Source: Podarcis gaigeae
Taxonomy: Eukaryota
Assembly: GCA_964106915.2 (NCBI GenBank)
Contig: OZ066919.1
Length of the DNA stretch: 64,000 bases
Reading direction: 5' to 3' (one strand)
The notes beneath the pieces were generated by a model, which searched no databases, had not been told where the DNA came from, and saw nothing but the letters and a program-made list of their open reading frames with translations. Below are positions 50,469 to 62,572 of this stretch, in pieces. Positions within the stretch are counted from its first letter, which is position 1. Every line of letters starts with the position of its first letter. A program made the position numbers and the translations under genes.

Positions 50469-50885
50469 CAGGGGCAAAGAAAGGAGAACTGGCACCTGGT
50501 TTAGGGTGTTGGGGGTGGGACAAACAGCCTGGTGGCACATGCGTGGCACCACTATGTAGTGTGTATGCACGTGACGTGTATGCACATGACGCATGCGTGC
50601 ACACCGCATGTAGCGTGCATGTACAACACTGTATGTAGTGCCGCCATGCATGTGCCGCCTGGTGGTTTGCTGATGGTGCCGCTCGAGTGCCATACGGACA
50701 GCGGCGGAAGGTGCAGTCACGAGTGGAGGATCCTCTGCACATGGCTGCGGCGGGGCGATGCCGGCCGCTCACGCCACCACGCCTGGGGGCAACAGGGCGA
50801 GCCCCCTGCGGGATGCCTTCTTGTCACCCCCCTCAGAGATGGCACCTGGGGTGAATGCCCCCCCCGCCCCCTTCCTCCGCCACTG
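50469..50885. mobile_element. CpG-rich non-autonomous hAT element
   Basis: Ends CAGGGGCAAAGAAAGG / CCTTCCTCCGCCACTG; 8-bp TSD GAGTGGGG / GAATGGGG (7/8); internal palindrome at ~50531-50659. Confidence 0.75.
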
Positions 50886-51635
50886 GAATGGGGGAAGGAT
50901 GTTGACTGCAACTAAATGGTGGGTTGGGGAAAGATTTTGACTGAATGAGTGAAGGGAAATGGATCCTTGCAGGGAAGAAAGAGTTAGGTAGAATTAGCAT
51001 CTGTCCTTATTTCTGTGATGTGCTGGAGGTGTGGGTATGTCTTCAGCAACACCCACACTTAGCTTTTGCCCTTCTTTCCAGGCACAGGTCCACACTTAAA
51101 AGGCTGTTTGTTACCTTATTTTTGTCATGGAGCTTTCCCCACGAAAACCTGTTCTTTATCACTCAGAGCAAACATCAATTTGGGTTTCCTCAGATTACCG
51201 TTTGCTCTGATTCAGCTTAAAAGGGCACGTTTTCATGGAGGAAGCTCCAGAACAATGACAGAAAAGGGTGCTCAGACACAGAGCTTTTAAGTGCAGACCA
51301 TGCCAGGAAAGAGCAGAGGAAAAGTAAGTGTGAATAAACGCTGGAGGAGGAGTCCACAGGACAGTTCCTGTGCAGGGAAAGGAGGTATCTGGGTTGCATG
51401 TTCAGAAAGCAAGCATTTTTTAATGCCTGAGATAGGGCTTTAATGATTTAAATGATGGCAAAGGATAAAAACTCCATTTTCCTGTCTTAGTATATCTATA
51501 TAACTAGATTAAGAGGAGATGATTTAGCAAAAGACCCTTCCTGGTCCAATGATAGGAAGGTAGAAATTAGTAGTAACTGCTCCGTGTCTGTCAGTCACTT
51601 CTAAGTGGTGTGAGTTCATTTCTCAGTTTCATAAG

Positions 51636-52045
51636 TGTTATGTACTGAATTGAATAGGATCCAAACTGCAACAGTCTGATTGGTCCTAGAACAATAGGAT
51701 CCAAAAGGCAGCAGTCTGATTGGTCCTAGAACAATAGGATTCAGAATGCAGCAGTCTGATTGGTCCTAGAACAATAGGATTCAGAATGCAGCAGTCTGAT
51801 TGGTCCTAGAACAATGCAGCAATATGATTGGTTGGCAGGAACCACCCAATCATGCTCCACATAGAAGTGAATCCACAACCTGATTGGCTTACAGTAGAAT
51901 TCCAGAATTAGCCAATCATGTGCAGCCCATTGTGTAAATAATGTATATAAAGCAGATACTTTGAGGGGACTTTCATTCATTCCTCCTCACCACTATGAGC
52001 TGAATAAAGAGCATGAAATCACTTTGCGACTCTGAGTATATTTCA
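51636..52045 (+). mobile_element. Solo LTR (410 bp)
   Basis: TG...CA ends; perfect 5-bp TSD ATAAG (51631-51635, 52046-52050); TATATAAA at 51944-51951 and AATAAA at 52003-52008, in U3-R-U5 order. Confidence 0.9.
51653..51812 (+). repeat. 4 x 40-bp tandem repeat in the LTR U3, each unit with an inverted CCAAT box
   Basis: Unit AATAGGAT[C/T]CA...GCA[A/G]CAGTCTGATTGGTCCTAGAAC; units 3 and 4 are identical. Confidence 0.95.
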
Positions 52046-55000
52046 ATAAGTAATCCAAGGAGGGGAACAAGAGGCTAGGGATCAAGTTAGGGAACAATAG
52101 GCATGTGACAGGGATAGTGACTATGGAACATGTAGGCAACATTTCAGGGTACGTGCTTCATCTGCCTTTTGGTTACAGCACACTGCTTCTATGACTGGAA
52201 GCTCAGCCATCTGTTCCGTTCACAGACTATTTTGTATCTAAAACAAATTGACCCAGTAAGAGGCCTGACACGATGCATATGCCTAAGAGAAATAACAGCA
52301 CTTAATTTGCAGAACACCATATATCAGATCACCATTGATGAGTGAAATCTTAGATCATGCCGTAGCCTTAGTATAAAAAACAACAACTTCAAGACCATGT
52401 TCCAGTGTACTTGTCAGCTACTAAACTCTGTAGCACTTCGCTTGGAACTTTTCACCGTGTTGAAAAGTGGGGTGAGCAAGTAACAATACATTTTGCAGCT
52501 GGTGCCTTTAAAATGTCAAGCTTGGAAGCATTGCTGAAGTTTTTTCTCAGGATCCCCTCTCCATGTGGAAAAGTTTGCTTTGTGTCTTTCTGGATGAGTG
52601 GGGCTTTCCCCCTCAATTCTGCCACAGGGCTTCAAATATTTCTGAAATTGTGTCCTAGCCCTTTATTCTGGTTATCTGAAGGCATTCCTCATTGCCTTGC
52701 CCCCCCCCCCAAATGTACGTTCTGAATTTGCTCCAACATTTCCCATCTCTGTGTGCCATAAAGCTTGTGTGCCCAGACTGGATGTGTATCATTTCAGCCA
52801 TTGTTGGCACACAGAGGGAAAAATTATTCCCCTCATTCTGTTCTTGCCTCATGTCCTGAGTGAGTAAATTTTCAAAGCTGTCACACTTAATAACGTGGTC
52901 CTTGTAGGCTGTTGTCTTCCTCCGCGCCCCCCCCCCCTTGCCTCTTTCTCCCTAGCGCTTGCCTGAGCTGGGTTTCGCTCTGCTGTTGCCATGGCTTTCT
53001 GAGTGGTCACAGCAACAGCCACGCAGTGCTTTCGGATTTGTTACCATCTCCTCAGTCACCTATAGTTTTCCTTTCCTTTCAGCGTATAGAGAGGGAGAGG
53101 GGAGGTGGGGAGAGAGGCAATCCTGCCTTGTTCACACGGAAACTGTTCCAGTGCTGTCATTCAAAAGCCTCCTGCTTTCCAAGAAGGGGGATTAATTTGG
53201 CTAGATACAGGCGTGTCTGGCACGTAGGCTGAAACTAGGGTGGGGGGAGAAGGGGTTTCAACGTGCTGAACAGTCACTGGCTAGGCTGGTTGCTAGGTGC
53301 TGGAGGCTATGGGCGTCAGGGATTCCTCAGTGTTCAGTGACTGGGGCCATGTGCAGCCAACAGGCCAGGTTGCTAAGCAGTTTTCACAGGATCTGATGAA
53401 AAAGCAGTTCTTTGTGCTGTGTCAGCTATCCCCCCCCCCCATGCTTCCCTCCCAGTTGCATTGTGTGGGGGTTGTGTGTATGGAGGGGGGCGGGAGGTAT
53501 GGCGAGGGGAAGGCTTCTTTTTTCCTTTCAGTTTAGTATCCAGATTCTTGGGCAAACGGCCAACAAATGCTCCTTGCTGGGGGACTATAAATATAACCTG
53601 TTGTTAGGCTTGCCAGATTAACCATTCAAAAACACATGGCTGCTTTTAGTCTCTTCTGCAGAGCTGTTTGGAATCTGGGTAAAGGGCATACATTGTACTC
53701 TCTGTGGCTGATCTGTTTTTGAAATAAGGGACACTTTCTCAAAATTTGGTAGGGTGCCCACCTTTGCAAACTGGAAATTCGGGCACCCTAATTTGTGTAT
53801 TTAGTCTTATGCAAATTTATTCCCATTTTAAATAGCACATTGCCCCTTTGAGACTAGACATTTTAGAATGAAGTGTTTTCCTTCCAACTTGCCCAGTCTC
53901 TTGCACCATCTTTTGACTTAATAAAATTGGCAAATGCAACAGCAGAACAGGCAGGTATAGTGACAGCTTGCTAGGAGAAACTGCAGAATGAAATTGGCTG
54001 GTTGTTTAGGATAAGAAGATACTGAGTGGCTGCCTTGGGCTTTGTACTCCTATTTACTCTGCACCCTGGGCACTCCCACCACTGGCTTGGGAAGTGGTGT
54101 ACGTACAACGGTAGCCACAATCCATATTTAATCTGTATCTGCTGTTTTGTTTCATATGGAATATACGTGCAAAACCAGCTTCAATCAGAACTGAGAAAAA
54201 GAATGATCTAGCTGTGTTTTTAAGTTGGTAATATGTACAGAACCGTGGTGTCTGTTGAAAGAGGGAGGGAGAAGGATGCAGTAGATGCAGGCAAGGTTGG
54301 ATTTGGGTTACAAAAGTGGTGTAGTGGAGCAGCATCAGACAGGGACCATGCGTCACCATTCATTTCACAGTGGGGATAATGTTGTCATCTCCTGGAGGCA
54401 CTGTTTCCCAGTCCTTGGCATATCAAATAAAGAAACATTTCTCAGAGAGAAACCCACCAAATCACCTAAGCAGAAGAATAGGTAGTTGGCATTAGCATGC
54501 ACAGCTATGGATTAAACTGGATTTTTTATTTTGAAGAATTCCAAACTTTATAATGACCAACCAGAATGTCAGAATATAATGAACAAACGTTTGAGTCTAC
54601 CAACACTCTTCATCAGGCTAGATGTTAATTAAAGCAGGATAGAAGGGGAAGCTGACATACTAGTATTGAGGCCATAGTGTCTTCATTGGTCAAAAATTCA
54701 TTTTTGTTGTATAGGCTTAGCAGGGATATGGCTGTGGGGGCGATCATCATGATGAGTGACAGAACTGCAGAACTGACCACTACACTACTAGTTGCATCTG
54801 CACTCTGCATGCACTGCATCATGACGATTCCAGATTCACTGCCCCTCTTACTGCCCTGACCTTGTAGACAACCACCATGTTGTGGGTCTTTAGTCTCTTC
54901 CTCTTCTGCTTGTCTCGGTGTACTTGGTCCTCAGGCCCCAAGAGGTCATGGTTGTTGCTTAGCATTTAGATCTTGCAGATGAGACTTTGTTCCGATAATC

Positions 55001-55244
55001 AGCCAGCTGCTCTCATGCTCACCCACACACCGTTTCCATAAGCAGCCTACTTTTGTGAGCAGTATAACGAGAGCAGCAAACTCATTCAAGATCACCTGCT
55101 CCCTTCTGTAAGCTGGAAGATTGTCATGCACTGATTGCAGTTCCTTTTCCATGAACTGGGCAAGAAGTCTCAGGGTTCAATGGACTTTTTTCTACCGTCA
55201 GCTGCACTGTCATCTGGCTGTTAAGCCCTATCCTAGGTGGTTCT

Positions 55245-55385
55245 GGTAGAATAAAAGCAAAAACTGAAGCTTTGTGAAGCACCTTAAAGACTAATAAATT
55301 TATGAGGGCATGAGCTTTTATGGAGTAGAGTCCACTTCATCAGATTCTTATGTCCTAGTAAAGAATCTGTTAGTCTACAAGACAG
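55245..55385. mobile_element. Penelope-like element terminal fragment; related pieces near 37550-37660 and 54510-54625
   Basis: gcaccttaaagactaa...gagtccacttcatcagat...tgttagtct resembles squamate Penelope-like ends as recalled. Confidence 0.55.
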
Positions 55386-56717
55386 TGGTTTCTGCTGTAA
55401 CAGTCCAACCTCTCTGTAGACTAGTGATTTACTAGATCAACTGTTAACTTGGGATGTGTAGACTGTGCAAGTCTGTCCAGTGGAAAGCCTTGCACAGTGA
55501 TATTTTCCAAACCACACATCTGCAACTGCTTAAATTACAGTTTAATTATCTCCTCTGTGTACTGTTCACCTGTGTGAATGGCTTTATTGTGGCTTTCCCC
55601 ATATTCTACTGAAAATCAGGATTCTGTGGAGTTCAAATAAGGGCAGGAGCAAAAGAAGCATCTGCCTAATAAAGAAGGTCATATTCTCTTGCAAAGGCAG
55701 GCACAGACCATTGCTCTTAATTATGTTATTATCTGATCTTCCCAAACTAACATACTTTGCTTGCCTTTGATGTACCATCCAGTTCTGCTCAGACCGCCTT
55801 TCCCTTTTTTGGTTTGTGCTCCAGTCATTTTAGTCAGAAGAAGTGATTAATGAAACTCAAAAGGTCAGTTTAGGTTTTTTTCTATTTCTGCAAAGTGACC
55901 CAATTGGATACATTGCCGTTTCCTCCTTTATTGATATTTTAAGTGATGCTAAAAATGCCTCAATGTCCAGTGTGCCCCTATAGTAAAGAGCTATTTTAAA
56001 ACCAAATATTTGATTTGACCAATGTGCCTTTTTCATTTGATTTACAAATGTAAGAAGGTGAAACACCATTATTAATAGGTGCCATTTATGAAAAATGCTT
56101 TGTCTAACTTTTTTGGGTTCTGTGAATTCCAGCCCCTTTGCTAGAAGGAATAATTCTCGTGTGATCCAGTATGACAGTTTTACTTTTCTTAATTTCACTA
56201 TACATTTTTTAAAATTAATATCTAAGACCCATTGAGAGTAATTGACTTAAGTTAGTCATGCCCATTAAATTTCAGTGGGTTTACTCTTAGAAGGACTAGC
56301 ATTGGCTACAGTCCCGAATGTTCTGTTGAAATGCCTCCCATCTTTTCAGGAAATTGCTAGGTGCTTGTCCTTCTTTTTCTTCTAGGTGAATTTAGTTTTT
56401 TAAAGCTGCTTCTCATTTTCTGTTATACCACTGGACAGTATCCAGTATTTTAGAAGATATTAGAAGGAACAGCTGTTTTTAATGTTTGTCTTTTTCACTG
56501 TCCTATTACATTTAGGACACTAGAACCAAAATAACTTTAAACATCCAACAAGTGTCCCCTCAGCTCTTAGTGTCACTGTTTTAAATTTGTATTCATCTAT
56601 TAAAATTGTCCTCCACCCATCACTGATCAAAATGTTAAATCTCTTAATTAAAACCTGCAGTCATAATTTGTAACAGTGCATCTATGGATGGACCTTGGCG
56701 CCAGGGCCTACAGTCCA

Positions 56718-56887
56718 GGGACTCGGCTATACAGCTGCAAATAAAATGTTTAAGTGTGTTTTAAGTACAATACAGAATGTGACACTAGATGGCGATGGTG
56801 AGCTTTATGGAAAATTCAATGTATTTTTTTTTTAAAAAAATTTAAAGTGTTTTCAGAACAATTTTTATATGTGTTTAGATTCTACCC
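56718..56887. mobile_element. Probable degraded MITE with a central CTCF-like motif
   Basis: Loosely inverted AT-rich arms around GTGACACTAGATGGCGATG (56779-56797). Confidence 0.45.
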
Positions 56888-58342
56888 AGGCCCACTTCCC
56901 TCCCTCCAGATGACCACTCAGAGAGCAGCAGATGAGGCAGGCAGTGCCCAAAAGCCCCCTGCCCCCCAATCAGCACGAGCAAATCAACCCAACTGGGGCT
57001 GCCACAGGTCACCCTAGCAGTCTTTCTTATTTTATGGCAGATGGCCAGGCATGTACATGATTACAGATATTTCCATTTCAAAAACTGGGTAACTAAATGA
57101 TCCTTTTTTGGGTAACTAAATGATGCTTATTCAGTTTGCAGTAGGGTAGCAGAAGCAATGCTCGTTTTAGTCCTGTAGTCACAATGGTGCTGTGATTTAA
57201 GTGAGTTTAAAATGCAAAACTGCACGAACTGTACATATTAGGAATGCAGAAGCGATTGAAAGGCCCAGAACGGCAGTGGGGGAGGGAAGAACAGAAATGT
57301 TTATTGTGTGCTTCTAATTTAATACGCATGGCTGTCTAAAGTGCCTGCTCACCCCCGCAAGTTCAAGTCCAGGATCTAACATTACTTGGCTGCACGGCCG
57401 AGTCTCGTGAGACACTGTGCACGCAGGATTGGCTCCAGGTTTGAGGGAGTCCTGGGTGGGCAAAATGCTCTCTGATGGGTCTCTTCTTCTGTCACCGGGT
57501 CCTGAAAGTCTTACGTGGCTGCCGTGGTGATGGTATTCACTGGTACTCCTGTCACCTCTTCTTCTTTTGCTGCCCACAGGAGCTATTTTGTGTCAGCACC
57601 CACAGCACATTTATTAAGATAGGAGTATTGGCAACTCATTCATTTATTTTACCAAAAGAAGCTCTGGCGGCACCAGTGCTCAGAGCAGGGCCAGGTTGCT
57701 AGGAACAGCTACCATTTTAACTTCCCACAATTCCCTGCTGTGGGAATATTGTGGGAAATCTAAATGACAGGCAGCCGCAGCTGCCTGGGACTGTTTTGAG
57801 TGCCATTCTGATATATATTTTTAAGGGTGCCCTAGCAGCTGCCCAAGCATGTCAGGTGCCAACACTGGTCCTATGCACCCATCCTCCTGTTGCTAGGCTT
57901 GTGTGAAATGTTTCCTAGTCAACATGATTTGCCACTTTCATCAAATAAGGCTTAACCTTCTAAGGTAATAATTTTTATTATCTCTCCCCCCCCCCCCGGT
58001 AATTAAACTGTTCTTAAAAATGGTATCAGAGTAGGCTAGCTAATATCAAATGGTATCATAAAGCAGCAGGTCATTACAAACCACAAATAAAGCAGCAACA
58101 GTAGGACCAGACCACCTTGTAAGTAGCAGCTTTCCTAATGGATGTTCCTCCATATAACAGTACACATAGAAATTACCGTATTCGTGAGAAGGATTTAGCC
58201 TGGAATTCTTCCTGACAACCATGTTTTCTATATGTTTTTTTTTTTGTCTGTAGGAAGATTAAATCATGTGAGCTGCACCTGTTGCAAAATGTTCATTAAT
58301 CCAAACACAAGTTTACCACCACATCTTCCATCATTTACGAAT

Positions 58343-58514
58343 GGACTGTAGCTCAGTGGCAAAGCAATGGCTTTGCATGCAAAAGGTCCCAATTTCAATA
58401 CTTGGCATCTCCAGGTAGGGCTGGGAGGGACCCCATCTGAAATCTTTGAGAGCCATTGCTGGTCAGTGTAAAACAATACTGAGCTGTGGTTTGATTTGGT
58501 GTAGGGGAAACCTA
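58343..58514 (+). mobile_element. Squam3-like tRNA-derived SINE
   Basis: tagctcagtggcaaagc...tttgcatgcaaaaggtccca...catctccaggtagggctggga...gtcagtgtaaaacaatactgagct. Confidence 0.82.
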
Positions 58515-58586
58515 CTGTGGGCAAATTTTGCATTTTGAGGAGATAGATATTGGTTTGCATGATACTTCCTCCCTTTGGAACTGGCA

Positions 58587-58769
58587 CATAGGAGCCAAGT
58601 CCTAGGGGCCAAGGTCACTTTGCCCCCCCTAAAATATTTGAGGGGGCTGGGCCCTCCAAAGTTGAAGGGAAATCTCATTCAAAATTGTGTGCACGCGCCT
58701 CATCATGTGACTGATTATGCAGCACAGGGCTTATTTGCCCGCCCTATTTTATTCAAGTTGGCACCCCTA
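58587..58769. mobile_element. Degraded hAT-like non-autonomous element
   Basis: Ends TAGGAGCCAA / TTGGCACCCCTA; flanks AACTGGCA / GACTGCCA. Confidence 0.45.
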
Positions 58770-59376
58770 GACTGCCAATGATTTTGGGTTTAATTCACGC
58801 TTTGGACTCCAGGGATCAGTAGCAGCAGGATGTGGGAAGATCCACTTGTGGGCCAACTGTAGGCTGAGTGCCTGCAGGCAGATAAATTTTGCTGGCCCCA
58901 GTAAACTGGCCTACCTTACCAGGTGAGAGGAATTGAGATATAAGGCTGGCCAGCTTGTGGTCACCAAGGAACTGGAATATCTAAATCTCTCAGATGGGTT
59001 CTGACTCCTGAACTTCAGCATAGGCCTGGACTGAGACTGCTGTGTAATGGCCAGCTGGAGTCTGTTCATTACCGTTTGCTGGAGCTCCCTATAACAGAAT
59101 GGGGAAGTAGTTTATCTTGTTCTTGCTGTGCTATTTTGCTTAAATATTGTTTTTTGTGCAATCTATTTAATGAAAGCATCGAACTTCCCTCCACTTGTGG
59201 TATTATTGCCTTTGAATCCAAAAGAACAAGGCAACTTCCATGGTTCTTATCTAGTGTTTCTGAGAACTTGGCTTCTGATGCTAGTTGGTTAGAAAAGATG
59301 CTGTCCCAACTTTTAACGTGTAGGTTAAGGAGTGCTTATAATGCCATTGAAAAGAGATAATAGTATCTATTATATA

Positions 59377-59545
59377 CCGTATTTTTTGCACCATAACACT
59401 CACTTTTTTCCTCCTAAAATGCAAGGGGAAATGTCTGTGCGTGTTATGGAGCGAATGCCTACGGGTGGCATGCCTACGGATTTTCCTCCTCTAAAAACTA
59501 CGTGTGTGTTATGGTCGGGTGCGTGTTATAGAGTGAAAAATACGG
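59377..59545. mobile_element. Tc1/mariner (Tc2-like) MITE
   Basis: TIR CCGTATTTTT / AAAAATACGG; TA TSD at 59375-59376 and 59546-59547; internal direct repeat ATGCCTACGG. Confidence 0.88.
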
Positions 59546-62159
59546 TAAATAACAGGGTTGGCAGTAGTCCCTTTTATGCACTCTCTGGCCTGTGGCCATG
59601 ACAGAAGCAAATCTCTCCCTCAACAAGTCACCCTATTGTGTGTTGCTTCTATTTGGGTACTGCGGGGTGGCATGGCAGGGGCAGTGAGATTGGACTTGGG
59701 CTGCCCAGTAGATATATCTTTCTATTCAACCCATAACTAGTCCTGATGACTCACAGGCCTCAAAGGATGACTCAAAGGAATTTTTGACTAAATACCAGCT
59801 CTGTATAGCTTGTCTATCCCTATCAGTTTTCAAGAGGGAGGATGCAACCACTCCCCAGTAGCTGTGACCTCAGAGGTTATCTGCTTGTCATCTACAGAAG
59901 CCCCCACAGGGAAGGCGTCAGTGTGGAAAAGCTCATTTTGTGTATGCTAGGCCACTCTCTCTCATGCACTGTTTACCCAACAGACTTCAAGTTTGACAAT
60001 TTCTCATTAAGCTGATTTCGATTCAGTATCACTAGAGCAAGCTCTTAATTACTTGCACTTTCATCTGTGCCCACTGACGGAATGGAGACGCCAGGAGGGG
60101 TCTTCATTTGCATATATTGATTAGAGCTAACCCAAACTCTATTGTGTCTGCCCATCATGTTTAGGAAATGTTAATTCACAGTCTGCTGTGGTTGCTGCCC
60201 AGCTTCTAATAAAAGAAGGATGGCAGCTTCTTCGGCACCAGCAGCTTCAACTTCTCACTAGCTAACATGTCTGCAGACTTCCTTTACTGTGACGGTGAAG
60301 AATGGCATTTTAAATCTGTGTTAGCTATGCACTCATAGGGCTTTGCAACATGCTCTTCTGTGTTTAATGCCAAAAGCTCAAAATAGTGTTCCTTTCCCAT
60401 TTTAGACAGAGAAGCTATTTTTCCTCAGTCCAGATATATAGGGGCAGATTCAGCTGAGTCCCTCCCAGTAGCAGAAACCCAAGCAAGGACTTCTACTAGC
60501 GCACATGCCCTGCATTGGCTCAGTGTTTGTGTGTGTGTGTCAGGTGAATCCCCAGAACAGCGCACGGGGGAGGAGTGGGGAGATCCCATCTGGCAAACTG
60601 AAACATTTGCATTGACAGAATGACTACCATAATGCTATGTTGAATTCCTCCCATTCTGTGTCTTGCAGTGTCCTGTCCTGAAGGATGCTGGGTTTTGCCA
60701 CTAAGCATTTGCTCATGTAGAGTGCCTGCCAACCCATGAGTGAGGGGTGGTTAAGTGGGAAGGAGGAATAAGTGTACTCTGGTTGCAAGTGCATGACTAG
60801 CTTAAAGATTCACATTCCACAGTGGTTGTCTATGAGATTAAGGCATGTGGGATCACCAAGCACTCAACAGTACTCCAGTTAGATTGGGCTGGTATCTCAC
60901 ATTCCTTCACAGCCTATCTGAAGAGCCTCAGAAATTTACGCAATGGAAAGCATCAAAATTGAGAGATTGCATTTCTGCTCTTTCGCTGAAAGGACTGCTG
61001 AACTATCTATTAATATCCTTAAACTTTATATGATTTTTGAATCCTTGCTTAGATTTTTAACACTAGCTGGATCCAGGAAATAGAAGGGTCTTGGCATACA
61101 GCCCACCTCCCTCATACTCATAACACTATTATGCCCATACACAATGGCAAAATTTCAATGAAATTGTAAACTTTGGTTTAGCATTGCACACATGAGACTT
61201 CTGCACTGCACTTTTCTTCTCCAGTGTGGTTGTGAGATCAGAAGCTTTCACTTTTATTTTCAAGTAACTGCAGTACAATGCTGCTGTAGTTAATCTAAAC
61301 TACTGTATTATTTGAAACAAACCAAATCCATAAAACATGGCTTGAAGTTGGCTTGTTTCCCTGAGTAGGTGAACTGTGGCCCAAGGGCAACATGTAGCTC
61401 TCTGCCTAATTTTGTATGGCTGGAGGGAGATAAGGAGGGCAAGAGGGAAAATCCGGGGGGGGGGGGGGACAGGGATGTATCAAACAATGGAATAGGAGGG
61501 GAAATTATTCTGTAACTGATCAATACAGACTTCTGGAGAGAGAGGTTTGTCTCTCTTCCAACGGCCTGGTAGGCAGAAAGGAAAAAGGAGGTAGCAGAAA
61601 AGAGAGTAAGAAAAAGGGGCAGGCTTCACCCCCTTCTGGCACTGAGTCACTCAACAGCATGTGGCCCGTCAAAATAATCTCCCAGGTAATGCAGACCTCA
61701 TCAGAAGAAAAGGTTTAACAAGAGGCCTAAACCATAGTATAAAGACAAACCACACCTTGATAAAAATCACTCTCTTCCTGTCACCCCCCCCCTCTCTTAC
61801 CCCACCATATTGGCAATTTCTGTCTGTCCAGGCCCAAGGATTCCTCCTAGATAGGCCATCAACACATGTTGTCATGCTAACGACATGGCTTATTGCTAGC
61901 TAGCTATGTGAAGCTGCCTGGGTTTGTGTTCCTAAACTGTATTTAACAGTGCTTAATTTAGTTTTAACTAGCCAAATTGCTTACTTTGTGCATTGCTTAC
62001 TTAATGAATTTATGACTTTATGAGCTCAAATTCTAGCTCTTTACTGAATCCACAGATTATGGTGAGTCTGCCCCTCCCCCAAACTCATAACACTGCATAG
62101 CCACAACTCCCAGAATCTGCAGCAGAACCGTCATTGGGGATCTTAGGGCCTGGGTTCTT

Positions 62160-62359
62160 GGAACCCATAGCTTAGTGGCAGAGCACATGCTTTGCATTCA
62201 AAGAGTCCAAGATACAATCCTTGGTAGTTCCACTTAAAAGGATAGCTAATAAAGGAAGAACCTTTGCCCAAGACCCCAGAGAGAGCTGCTGCTTTTCAGA
62301 GTAAAGTATGCTGGGCTTGATGGATGTATAATCACTACTGGGATAAGCAGCTTCCTATG
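62160..62359 (+). mobile_element. Degraded Squam3-like SINE
   Basis: Head catagcttagtggcagagcacatgctttgcat and end gcagcttcctatg. Confidence 0.7.
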
Positions 62360-62432
62360 AGCTTATTTGGGAGAAGAAGACCTTTCCATACGTATATTGA
62401 ACTACACTCCTACAATCTCATGTTTCTGTAAA

Positions 62433-62572
62433 GCAGGGAGAGTCAACATGGTGCCCTCTGCGTGTTGTGAATTCCCAACTCCTACCATCTCTTGAGTATT
62501 AGCTGTGTTGGCATGGCCAGATGGGAGTTGTAGTCCAAAGCATCTGGAGGGCTGCACATTGATTTCTCCTCC
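62433..62572. mobile_element. Degraded non-autonomous hAT element
   Basis: Family core gatgggagttgtagtccaaagcatctggaggg. Confidence 0.6.

Noticed and set aside
51653-51812. 40-bp repeats as a CRISPR array
   Set aside because: The units are directly adjacent with no unique spacers, they lie inside an LTR with a TSD, the DNA is vertebrate, and there are no cas genes.
57403-57412. TCTCGTGAGA resembling the BANP/CGCG element TCTCGCGAGA
   Set aside because: The central CGCG is broken and there is no CpG-island promoter context.
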